Source: Nemertoderma westbladi
Lineage: Eukaryota; Animalia; Xenacoelomorpha
DNA length: 64,000 nt
Direction: 5' to 3'
Assembly (NCBI GenBank): GCA_032718475.1
Contig: JAUCBJ010007659.1
Coordinates: 1-64,000, forward strand
Made by a program: the position numbers and the translations under genes. This document shows, piece by piece, positions 1 through 11,000 of this stretch. The notes under the pieces were generated by a model. It did no database searches and was not told the origin of the DNA. It saw only the letters and a list, made by a program, of their open reading frames with translations. How positions within the stretch are numbered: the stretch's first letter is position 1; the number at the start of each line of letters is the position of its first letter.

Positions 1-729
1 GTTGATTTGGCGACAGCAGTTGTGGAGTTGGCAATCAATATAATATATGCTGTAGTTGGTGGCCACGTTGTCTGCATATACAGTATACAGTGGTTGGTTG
101 CATGGATAGGAAATAACTATGGAAATGTTCGTATACGTGTAGCTAGAACGTGGCGGAATTTCAACACGTATCATAATAGCGTTGGGGTAGGCAGGCCGCT
201 CGGTTGGTTGGTTTGGTGACAGCCGTCGAGGAGTAGCCGTGCGTGGTGGTGGTGGTGGTGGTGAGTTGGCAATCGTTTCGATATAATAGGGTAGTGTGGG
301 GCTAGCCATGCGATGAGAAGTTAGGTTACGCGAAGATGAATATGCGATGGTTGGTTGATGCAACGACGCGAATCAATACTCGCGGGTGGTAACAGTTGTC
401 GAGTAAGGCTACGCGTAGGTGATAAGCAACGAATGGTTGAAGGCAACAATATTGATGGTGACAGATGGTCATTAAACACCGCAATTTAGCACCGGAATTT
501 GGCATTTTTAATAGCCCTCCGAGATCTGGCCCGTAGCCCAGGCTAGGGAGGAGTTGCGTGAGGGCTATGCTTCTCCTACTACTGGGGGGGGGGGGGGGGG
601 GGCATCACGCGGGTTCAACCGCTGAATATCAGTGATTGAGTTACTTTGTTATTTTGTGATTCAAAAGTTATATGTTTTGATAAATAATAATGCTATTCCA
701 TTATACTACTATTACTACTAGGATCGGCA

Positions 730-992
730 TGCTGCATAGCAGCTGCATTTTTAGGAATGTTGTGCCGGCTTGTCGACAAAATTGCGCCGCCACAACTCCC
801 TATTACCCATGATATTTGCTAGATCATCCGCATCTTCAAGGCCATTGTCCTTTAATATGCGTCTCAAGAAAGTCATGGGCTGTCCACCATGCTTATTCAC
901 TCCATGAGGCTGCCAAAGCATAAGATTATGCACTGGCTGGTTCTCACGGGGAAAGCAATGTCCTGCAAAGCGGAGGCGACTTTGTTCTACTT
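730..992 (-). mobile_element. RTE-like LINE 3' fragment
   Basis: Minus-strand RLRFAGHC...LWQPHG...RELWR C-terminal motif, similar to 63014-63265. Confidence 0.75.
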
Positions 993-1310
993 TATTCCAT
1001 TATACAGCGTTCCTGAATAGATTGAATCAAATAAAATAACAGATATTTCTATGTGGTTTATAAATTTAGTTTATTAAATACTACTAAATACTCGTGTAGC
1101 TATAAGCGCAGTTTTTACATTTTAATAGGTTAAATTTAACTTTTAATATTTTACTAAAGATTGTTTTGCAGCAATTTTACCGACAGGGTGACAATTAATA
1201 TAAAATATTATATATATAAAAATCAGAAACTTAAAAATCTGGTATTCTTCACATGGGCGGAATATACAAAAGACAGGTAGTTTTTGGCTATTGTAAATTA
1301 TAGATATTGC

Positions 1311-1400
1311 ATACGGACGGACAATTCCACCATACGGACGGACAATTCCACCATACGGACGGGCAATTCCATACGGACGGCCAATTCCATACGGACGGAT
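1311..1400 (+). repeat. Short tandem CCATACGGACGGACAATT motif (about 5 copies)
   Basis: Direct repeats visible in the sequence; probably transposon subterminal repeats. Confidence 0.7.
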
Positions 1401-2071
1401 TTGTCTGCGTTTCTAGTTTTAAATAAAATATTTTTGTTTAAAACAAAAGTTAATTGGAAATGAGCTACATGTTCAGTCCCTAATCCTCAAGATCAGTTGT
1501 CGCATGTAATTCCAACTTAAATGCCTTTGGCTAATGTAACCGTACTCCTAATCACTATTAGGAAACTCCAACTCGGTTAATACTAACTATCGGGCCTCTT
1601 AATAGCATTTTACATCAGCATTAAAGGATTCTCTCATCACAGAACTATTGTCTTGAATATCATATGTAGAGCTCAAATTATAAGTCCCATTACTGGATAA
1701 TTATTCCTGAGCTCTCACATTATTCAAACAGACATTGCATTGCCCATGCCAGTAAATATGCTTTGATAATGAAGTTTAACAAAGGTGTTAATTTTTCAGT
1801 GTATATACATCCCTGTATGGTAAATTATGCCACTGGGTTTAACTGAAATGTAGCAATCATATAATATCACAATAATGATTATGTACAATGTTCGCCACCA
1901 TTCCTTATTCACATAAATAAACCTTCTTACAAGTGGATTATAGGATATCTATTCAACAAACACTTCCGGTTGTTCGTTCATTAAATTTGGACACGGGGGA
2001 AGATTTCTCGCGGACAAAATACTGTCCCACCAGGTTTCGGGGCAAATGCAGATTGTGACCTTACGATAGTG

Positions 2072-2270
2072 TACACCATGTCCTGGAATAGTGTCGTTAT
2101 TCTGGTAGCTGCCCCCCCTCCCAAATTTTTCTACAAATCTTAATGAAATTGCATGAAATTTGAAACAGAGATAGTATCACCTCCCTCCTCCTTGCTGGGT
2201 GAGCCAGAATTTTTATATTTGCTTTCATTCTTTAGCCACAAGCGTTTAAAAAATGTATCTCATGTGATAT
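2072..2270 (+). repeat. Dispersed repeat; diverged inverted copy at about 30630-30825
   Basis: TTCTACAAATCTTAATGAAATTGCATGAAA and flanks occur as the reverse complement at about 30728-30760. In addition, 2432-2490 resembles 29410-29465. Confidence 0.7.
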
Positions 2271-2954
2271 TTCACCAGTTACACTCCAGTTATTCTTCAA
2301 CCTTATAGTGATTTGTTGGTACTGATGGAATGCTGACCATACAAGGATTCCAAATATGTAACACAATCTGAATTTTGTTGAAAAATAGCCGAGATATGAG
2401 CGTCCAAAAGTTGCATGGTTTTTCATCTACATGAGGCTATTTTTTTCTATTAAATAAAAAAACCATATTCTATAACAGTTTGTTTATGTATTTAATAGGT
2501 TGTAAATAATCATACAATTTATTAGATACGTAATAGTATAATTAAATAAGTATTGCATTGGTGCCCAGCTACATATGGGATACACAACATGTTCCAGAAT
2601 ATGGTGCATTTATTAAATAGAATAAATGAGCTGAGGGGGAAGCAAATACGACTTTCGAATCGCATATCTCAGCTATATTTCCCGGACATTGGCTATTGTA
2701 GGAGATGGTGTATAATTGTGATAATAGGTAATACTAATGTCAAATGAATCAGATCTCACAGAAGATAGTGATAGGTCGATCACACAGGAAATATCATCAA
2801 ACCGAAAAGTGTGAAAACGATGATGTGCACAAACACCAGTAGTCCTATCTACCACTTTAATGAATAAGTCTCATCGTAATGGGATCTAGGATGTTTCGTC
2901 CTGGGGCAGACTCTTAATGGAGTCTACCGATTCAATATGCCAGTATAATGTAAT

Positions 2955-3132
2955 AAAAGCTTGGTCTAGTGGTGATTTTCCTGGTCTTCCAATTAGGAAG
3001 CCATGGTTCGATCCCTAGATGTGGCAGGACTGTTTGGGCACAATGCTTTATAATAATGCTGCACGCAGCCTAGCACAACCCTGGCTTTCATCCTTCCTTC
3101 AGTGGTCGATTAATGGGGACCAAGGCAACATG
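2955..3132 (+). mobile_element. tRNA-derived SINE head preceding the 63-bp satellite
   Basis: A-box TGGTCTAGTGG at 2962, B-box GGTTCGATCCC at 3005, then a GGCTTTCATCC...GGTCGATTAATGGGGACCA core. Confidence 0.65.
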
Positions 3133-4484
3133 AGAAACATAATGGAGTGTTTTACTGTGGAAGATCACCCATGATGGTGAACAGGCATTCCTTTAGGAAA
3201 CAGTGGAAGGGGTGTACTGTGGAGGATCACCCATGGTGGTGAACAGGCATTCAATTAGGAAACAGAGTGGAAGGGTTTACTGTGGAAGATCACCCATGAT
3301 GGTGAACAGGCATTCCGTTAGGAAACAGAGTGGAAGGGGTTTACTGTGGAAGATCACCCATGGTGGTGAACAGGCATTCATTTAGGAAACAGAGTGGAAG
3401 GGTTTACTGTGGAAGATCATCCATGGTGGTGAACAGGCATTCATTTAGGAAACAGAGTGGAAGGGTTTACTGTGGAAGATCACCCATGGTGGTGAACAGG
3501 CATTCATTTAGGAAACAGAGTGGAAGGGTTTACTGTGGAAGATCACCCATGATGGTGAACAGGCATTCCGTTAGGAAACAGAGTGGAAGGGTTTACTGTG
3601 GAAGATCACCCATGATGGTGAACAGGCATTCCGTTAGGAAACAGAGTGGAAGGGGTTTACTGTGGAAGATCACCCATGGTGGGGAACAGGCATTCATTTA
3701 GGAAACAGAGTGGAAGGGTTTACTGTGGAAGATCACCAATAATGGTGGTGAACAGGCATTCTTTTAGGAAACAGAGTGGAAGGATTTACTGTGGAAGATC
3801 AACCATGTTGGTGAACAGGCATTTATTTGGGAAACAGAGTGGAAGGGTTTACTGTGGAAGATCACTCATGGGGGGTGAACAGGTATTCCTTTAGGAAACA
3901 GAGTGGAAGGGTTTACTGTGGAAGATCATCCATGGTGGTGAACAGGAATTCCTTTAGGAAACAGAGTGGAAGGGTTTACTGTGGAAGATCACCCATGGTG
4001 GTGAACAGGCATTCATTTAGGAAACAGAGTGGAAGGGTTTACTGTGGAAGATCCTCCATGGTGGTGGACAGACATTCCTTTAGAAACATAGAGGAAGGGT
4101 TTACTGTGGAAAATCACCCATGGTGGTGAACAGGAATTCCTTTAGGAAACAGAGTGGAAGGGTTTACTGTGGAAGATCACCCATGATGGTGAACAGGCAT
4201 TCCGTTAGGAAACAGAGTGGAAGGGTTTACTGTGGAAGATCACCCATGATGGTGAACAGGCATTCCGTTAGGAAACAGAGTGGAAGGGGTTTACTGTGGA
4301 AGATCACCCATGGTGGTGAACAGGCATTCATTTAGGAAACAGAGTGGAAGGGTTTACTGTGGAAGATCACCAATAATGGTGGTGAACAGGCATTATTTTA
4401 GGAAACAGAGTGGAAGGATTTACTGTGGAAGATCAACCATGCTGGTGAACAGGCATTTATTTGGGAAACAGAGTGGAAGGGTTT
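3133..4484 (+). repeat. 63-bp satellite, left part (about 21 units)
   Basis: Unit GGAAACAGAGTGGAAGGGTTTACTGTGGAAGATCACCCATGGTGGTGAACAGGCATTCCTTTA. Confidence 0.95.
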
Positions 4485-4536
4485 TGTTACGGTATATGGC
4501 GCTGTATCCACATTATTAGCCATTATGCAGTATAAT

Positions 4537-4624
4537 ATATTAGTCCGTTATACTGTACGCAATATTAGTCCGTTATACTGTACGCAATATTAGTCCGTTA
4601 TACTGTACGCAATATTAGTCCGTT
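4537..4624 (+). repeat. 25-bp tandem repeat (about 3.5 copies) at the start of the LTR
   Basis: TAGTCCGTTATACTGTACGCAATAT starts at 4541, 4566 and 4591, with a partial copy at 4616. The same array is present in the 3' LTR. Confidence 0.9.
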
Positions 4625-4945
4625 GTGCAGCATAATATTTTAGATAAGGCATAATAGCGCAGTGATATTTAGATAGGGAAATCGAAACGCCCATATATTT
4701 TGAATCCATCCATTTTGTATAGTATGTAGCCCTACCTACGTAATTTTGTAATAGGATATAGGTAGATAGTTCCAGGGTAGCAAGTTTAGTCGGACCCTGG
4801 ATTTTGTGCTTGCTGTTATTAGCTTTGATAGGGCTAGATATAGGGACGCTGTCCTGGCCATTCAGCAGCCAGGGACATGATCCATTACCATATATGGTAA
4901 TAATTTGAGGTTTGGGGAGCAATAGGGCTACAATCCGGCCTCCTT

Positions 4946-5054
4946 ATTGGACTAACTGCTTCCAGGTTGGTCTAATGCTAGCGCGGACTGGAGAGCCAAT
5001 AGGAGAGCGATTGAGTCACCCTATTGCATCACCCCATTCGGATCACCTATAAAT
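4946..5054 (+). promoter_or_regulatory. Putative LTR Pol II promoter (CCAAT boxes and TATA box)
   Basis: ATTGG at 4946, CCAAT at 4996 and TATAAAT at 5048-5054 are spaced as in a typical core promoter. The transcription start is inferred, not observed. Confidence 0.55.
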
Positions 5055-5657
5055 TGGCGGTTTGCCGGTAGAGCTGCACACCCTTACAACCAACCTTAAC
5101 CTCAGTACCAATCTCAATCCTCTGTAGGTGTACAGTTAGAAGTATAATTTTGCGTATTTCTGCAATTTGCTAAATTTTGATTAATTTCTTGAGATGATTT
5201 GCTAGTGCTATTATTCTCGATTGCGTTTCTCAATTAATCCTATCGATTACTGCTAATTACAATCGGAACTATGATTTCTACCCCTTTTGTTAATGGTTCT
5301 ATGTGATTCCTTTCTACGCAATAATCCTAAGGGATTTCTGAGACTGTCAGAATTTGTGATTTTGCATGCGCCGCTACGGTAGCTATTCAATTAAATGAAG
5401 GGCTAAGGTGCCAGTAGGCGGTGGGCGCATCGGGGGGTTGGGCGACTAAGGGAGAGCGGAGGATTCAAAGGCGGGCAACGCTGGCGGGGGTCAACGTTGT
5501 GGTAGGGCAGTTTGGACTGTGAGTTGGAGACCGCTCGCCGGTACAGTAATTAGGGGGCTGATGATCCAAGGTTTTGTCTCTATTTAGTATTAGGGGGGCA
5601 GGAATTGGGTTAGTTAGGAAGCCTAGATGTACCCGGGAGGGGCCTGCATACCTCACA

Positions 5658-5691
5658 GTAAGTAAGTAAGTGGGTAAGTACGTAAGTAAGT
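5658..5691 (+). promoter_or_regulatory. Cluster of six GTAAGT 5' splice-site (U1-binding) motifs in the LTR
   Basis: GTAAGT at 5658, 5662, 5666, 5674, 5682 and 5686. Confidence 0.6.
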
Positions 5692-5916
5692 TGCGAATTA
5701 TATAATTGCAGATTGTATAATTGCAAATCGTGCTATTTGTGATCTGTGATTGCTGACGCTGATTGGTGTGTTACTGAAGTGTGCCTATGATTACGAATGC
5801 TTAGGTAGGCGCCCCTTTTCTTTGATTGATTTCTATTTCTTAGTTACTACAAATAATTACTGATTAGGTCAAAGTAATACGGCAATTTAGGCTATTACTA
5901 GCGAAACCTGTTGTGT

Positions 5917-6099
5917 AATAAATTAGAATTACGCATTCTGGAACTCTTAGTAATTAGTGCGCTGTTACATATTTGTGACTGTAATTGATTAGTAAAATTA
6001 AGAATTAGTACGCAGCATAGCGGAGAGTAGCTAAGGTAATAAATTAGAGTACCGTAAACTATTCACGCTAGGCGGTTATTTGCATTAGCGGGCAATAAA
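5917..6099 (+). terminator. Candidate polyadenylation signals in the LTR
   Basis: AATAAA at 5917, 6038 and 6094, and at the equivalent positions (+16992) in the 3' LTR. Which one is used is unknown. Confidence 0.4.
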
Positions 6100-6736
6100 C
6101 TAGATCGCAATAGTCAGTACGCAAGACACTAGTGAATTGCTGGCCTAAAGCCAGCTGCAGGCAAGTTTAGACCCGGAGTGGTATCACCCACGAAAGACAT
6201 TGTACTGTACCAATTTTGATTATTTTAAATATTCTCGCATTCACACATTCCGTTAGGGAACGCCCAGTATTCGCGGTTAGAAAAGACGTAAGCATTAGTG
6301 TACTTCAATAAGTGGTAAAATTAGGCGTAAGAATACTCTGAGTGCAAAGCCCCTCGCACTCGTCTTAAGTAAGCTTAGGGAGCCGACTCGGGTTTATTGT
6401 TTTGGTTATTCCCGTGTGGCTCATAGATTCGAACAGTTAGCTCTCTATCGAGTGATCGGTAGAGAAAGGAACAAGCGATTTTGCAGGAGTTGTGTAAAAT
6501 TAGTAAAATATATTAGCGGACGGCAGATTAGCGCCATCCAACGGTAAGTAGCGGTTTTGTATTTAGCAGCCTTTACAATTTAGTAATGGCACGCTCCTGA
6601 TCCCCTTTACTTAACAGTAGAGCAGTCTTTGTGTCTTATTGGTTAGGCGAGAGCTCATTAGGTTGGCAGAGAGGTATACGGGTATTTGTCTGTTCAACAG
6701 TTCTGCTGTTAGTATAGGTGTCGCGGTTGTTTATCA

Positions 6737-6748
6737 GTGAGGTATGCA
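6737..6748 (+). promoter_or_regulatory. Primer-binding-site position, non-tRNA type (GTGAGGTATGCA), complementary to LTR 5645-5656
   Basis: Directly abuts the 5' LTR end and lacks the TGG complement of the tRNA CCA end. It is the exact reverse complement of TGCATACCTCAC at 5645-5656 and 22637-22648. Confidence 0.6.
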
Positions 6749-8023
6749 TTGGTTACTGTACTAAGTACTGTACTGCGTACGGTGACGAGTGTATTCTGCA
6801 TTAGATTACTGTATTATTTACTGATACTTCGTATCAGTGAGGTATGTTGCTTGTTTTTTTTATTGGCTGTTGCTTGCAGCAGTCAATAGTGTATTCTTAG
6901 GCTGATTAGTAGTATCACAGTATTAAGTAATAAATTGGAGCACGTGATCGTCTGCTATAGGCTAGCGTACGGTAGAACATTGAGTGTATTCATTTAGGCT
7001 GTTAGTTTAGATTACTGTATTCACTGGTCGCGTACAATAGTACAGTAGTACATTAGGCTGATTGCTGTTACTGCGTACGGTAGAAGGACATTTGTTTGCC
7101 GTACCACATACAGTATTTTTTAGGCTGTTAGGTTGGTGTACTGTTTTACTTACTGTACTGCGTACAGTGGATGTACGGTAGTGCGTTTTTGCTAATTGCG
7201 AATACAGCAGTTCCTTAGGCTTTAGGGCAAATTGTAATTAGTAAGTTTTTTGAAAATTTTAGCTAGGTTTGCGAGAATTCAGTTTCGGTCAAAATTATTT
7301 GTAAAATTCTAGAGTTTTGTACCGGTATGTTAGGTAACCGCTTAGTTATTTTATACCATCTGGAGATACATGGCAAGACGGAACTTCTGAGTTTGGGGTT
7401 CATGTGGGTCTGCGGGTTCGGTTTGCAATCAGCGAAGGGCCTGAATCTTTGGATGCGGACGTGGAATCTCACAGCAAACAAGGTTAGTTGTTCTGTTGGC
7501 ACCATTGTGTTTGTGGAAGCAGTAAAAAATTATCGGTTGTTTAACTGCGAAGCTGAACTCAATTTATTAGTTAGGATATTTAGGTTTAGCCGGCCATGGT
7601 TTTTTGAATCGCTCAAGTTAGAGAGAGAGTTAGAGAGAGTCGCAACCCAAAGATGTAGCCACGCGCTAGTGGATACATATAATATTTGAAATTAAAATTA
7701 CATTGATTAGAGCTATATATAAAATTAGAAATATTCGGGTGGCAAGTTTATTTTGAATATTTTGTATTAGATTCAAAGTTATTTTGTGCTATACCGGTAT
7801 TTAATTGCTATAATAGCTATATAATAATATTTTGTTTAAATATTGTGCTAGTATTTGCTATAACTATACCCCATTAAATTCCCAATATTGCATTGCGAAT
7901 TTATTTGACATTTGGACCAACTGATTATTTGACAAATAATTTGACCGTATTTCGGTTAAATTATAATTATATCTCGAACTTTTGCGAGATATTTTTGCCG
8001 GAAGGCAAAACATTATTTAGACT

Positions 8024-11000
8024 ATGAGTGTCTCAGACAAAGAAGCACTAGAGGACAGCTATGAGACGGCGGCTGGACCGCCGACTGACGATAGCGTAAA
8101 TATTACTGTTGACGACAATGCCGACTATGACGACGCAGCGAGCGACGCTGACGTAAGTGAACAGGAGGACGAGACAGTGACTAGTGAGGAAGAACAACAA
8201 CCTCAAGTAATAGTATTAGGATCCCCTACCGCTACTGTAGGGAAGGATTGTACAGCAACCCAACCAGAGGTGAGTGATAGGGAGGGTAGTGTAGCAGAAG
8301 CGAGAGCCCGGAGCCCGGTTTCCAGACCTGTGGGTATGGTAAGTGCCGTGGTCCCGACGGCTGTAAGGAGTACCCGTAGTTCCCGAAATAATCCTTCAAG
8401 TCCACCGAGTGTGAGTCAGGTAAGCGAGAGAGAACTAGACATCGCGATAAAGAAGAAACTTCGCGCGCATGCCGGACATATAACTCGGACGGCGGACAAG
8501 GTAAGGAAGATGTTAGCTGACTCAGCGAACATCGGGAGGGTAGAGTTAGTAGAGATTAGAAGAGGATATAACTCAGCGTTATTCAAGCAGACGGAGGAGC
8601 TTGCAGTCCTAGCGAAGAAGGCAGTAGAGTCTCAGTCGAGCGACGTGGCGACGAGGATTTACGACAGGGTTTTAGCAGCCTTGTTGGAGCACCACGAGTT
8701 ATCGGAGCGATTCCGACGAGGTAGGACGGAGAACTGGCTGCTATGGGCATCACAAGCGCAGGCGACTCAAGTGAGTGACGCAGCGTTGAGAGACTTAGTG
8801 GAGCGAGAAGAGATCCAAGACAAAGAAGAGCGCCGTTATCAGAGGGAAGTTACTAGCTGGCTGATGCAGAATGGAGTGGTGGTACCGGGTCAGGTGCTAC
8901 CGACGACGGAGAACATTCAACAGAGGACGTTAACTCCACCCGACGATGCATCCAGAGACAGCGGCGATTCCCAGGTTAGTCACGCGCGAGGTAAGGTTAT
9001 ATGTGCTAGATCCCTTGTTTCGCACAACTCGGCGGAGGAGAGAAGACGCCGACTGGACGAACAACAGGCGGAAGTTTTGCGTGCATCGGAAGCACGGAAG
9101 GAAGCCGAGCGGGAACGGGAGCGCACACGTAAGTTGGACGCGGAATTGCGAGAGTTGGAAGAGATAAGTAAGCGCGAGCGAGCGGAACGCGAGCAAAGGG
9201 AACGCGAACTCCAAGCCGAGCGCGTGCGCGAGGAACTCGAACGCGAACAGAGAGAACGCGAACTCCAACTTGAATGCGAACGGGAAGCGAAGAAATGCGA
9301 ACTCCAACTCGAACGCGAACAGGAAGCGAAGAAACGCGAACTCCAAGCCGAACGCGAACGCAAGAAACTCGATCGTGAACAGAAGGAGCGCAAGCTTCAA
9401 CTCGAACGCGGACGCAAGGAACGCGAACTCGAGATCGAAAAAAGAAGACGCGCATTGTATGAAGAAAAGGAGCGTGTGGAAGAAGAGAGCGCAGCGAGAC
9501 GAGCGAGGGAAGAAGAAGAACGTAAACTGGCGCAGTTGGAAAGTGCGAGATTAAGTTTAGAGAGCGAAGAACGGACTAGGAAGGCGAACGAAATCGCCGA
9601 GAAGGGGATGCGAATGATCGAAGAATGTGGGGCGAGTATAGGGACAGAGTTGCGAGAACTGTTCGCACTGCAGAAGGCCGAACAGGAAGCGAGAACTCCG
9701 ACTATACGCGAGTCGACAACAACCAGAATTCCTATACCCGGTCCAGCTATTACGAGTACACGGATCGCTAAACCGTTCTCTACATATCGCACGCCAGTTG
9801 GTATTAGTGCTTCACCCATCGCCCAGGATCCACGTCATCGGAACACCGCTCCTAAACTCGATCGTGAACAGAAGGAGCGCGAGCTTCAACTCGAACGCGC
9901 ACCACTATACACCGCACCACTATACACCGAACGAGAGAACGAAGAATTTAGAGGAGAAATTCCAACGGGACGAGTATTGGGCGAACCGAACCCGCGGGTT
10001 TGGAATACGCGGACGGAGCGCCAACCCAGTTCGACGGAGAACTTCCGGGTTAAACCGGAAGAGGGATCATATGAGAGACATCGGATTACTCAGATAGAGC
10101 CGACTATACAACAGAACCCTAGCCAGGAATTTATTACGAGGGATGAGTTAAGTGCTAGTTTAGCGCAAGCTATATCGCCACACATCCAACCTATAACGGA
10201 CATGCTTAGCAACCTACGGTTAAAGGAAGCAGCCCAGGTAAGAAGTAATTCAAATCCTAGCAGGCCTGAGTCAGATAAAGTCCAGCCTAGTCAACGAGTA
10301 CGCATATCGGAGGAGACTATACCACGTAGACCTCAGGTAAGGACGCCTGTCCCGAATATTCATAATCCCAATTTCGAAAACTCAGCCGAGAAATTTATTG
10401 AGGAAGCTTGGGTCAGGGCCTCGGCACGCAAACCATTGCGAGCACTAAGGACTGACACCGAGTCAAGCGATGAAGAGGAAGACATGAGACGTCAGAAGTC
10501 CCGAAACTATAAGGAAAGAAGGACGGACGCGGAGCAGGTAAGTTTGAACCACCGGGAAAGGAACAGACTTAACAACCCTGCGGAACTAAACCATTTGTTA
10601 ACCCGGAACAACGCAACCCTTAGGGACATAGGTAAGTTTGCTGCTAGGCAAGGACTGCCGACGCAACAACCCCAGAAGTTTATGGGCAACCATAAACACT
10701 GGAGGACCTTCAAAACCTATGTCGACGAGCAGCTAACCAACAGCACCTTTACTCCCAACGAGAAGTTCAACTATTTGCTTCAGATGCTCCATCGAGAACC
10801 TAGAGCCATTGCTGATAACTTCGTCGGCAACGAAAGAGCATTCGAGTTAGCGATGAAGACGCTTAGCAACATCTACGGGAATAAAACGAAGATGGCGCAG
10901 TCGATAGTAGAAGACTTGGGTAAGGGCGGAAGGATTACAACTCCGTTAGAGCTGTTGAACTTAGCGAACGCTATTTCGAACGCATTGGACATCTTGAGGA

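Larger units (their letters stand above)
4485..6736 (+). repeat. 5' LTR (2252 bp)
   Basis: TG...CA termini. Near-identical to 21477-23728; about 8 substitutions found by eye, no indels noticed. Confidence 0.97.

Noticed and set aside
1-600. G/T-skewed segment at the window start, possibly a retroelement remnant
   Set aside because: No recognisable motif or sustained ORF, so it cannot be assigned.
5558-5600. Hammerhead ribozyme core (CTGATGA) in the LTR
   Set aside because: No stem II followed by GAAA at a suitable distance.
4590-5656. Antisense ORFs in both LTRs (110 and 63 aa)
   Set aside because: They have non-ATG starts and no recognisable motifs, and are duplicated only because the LTRs are.
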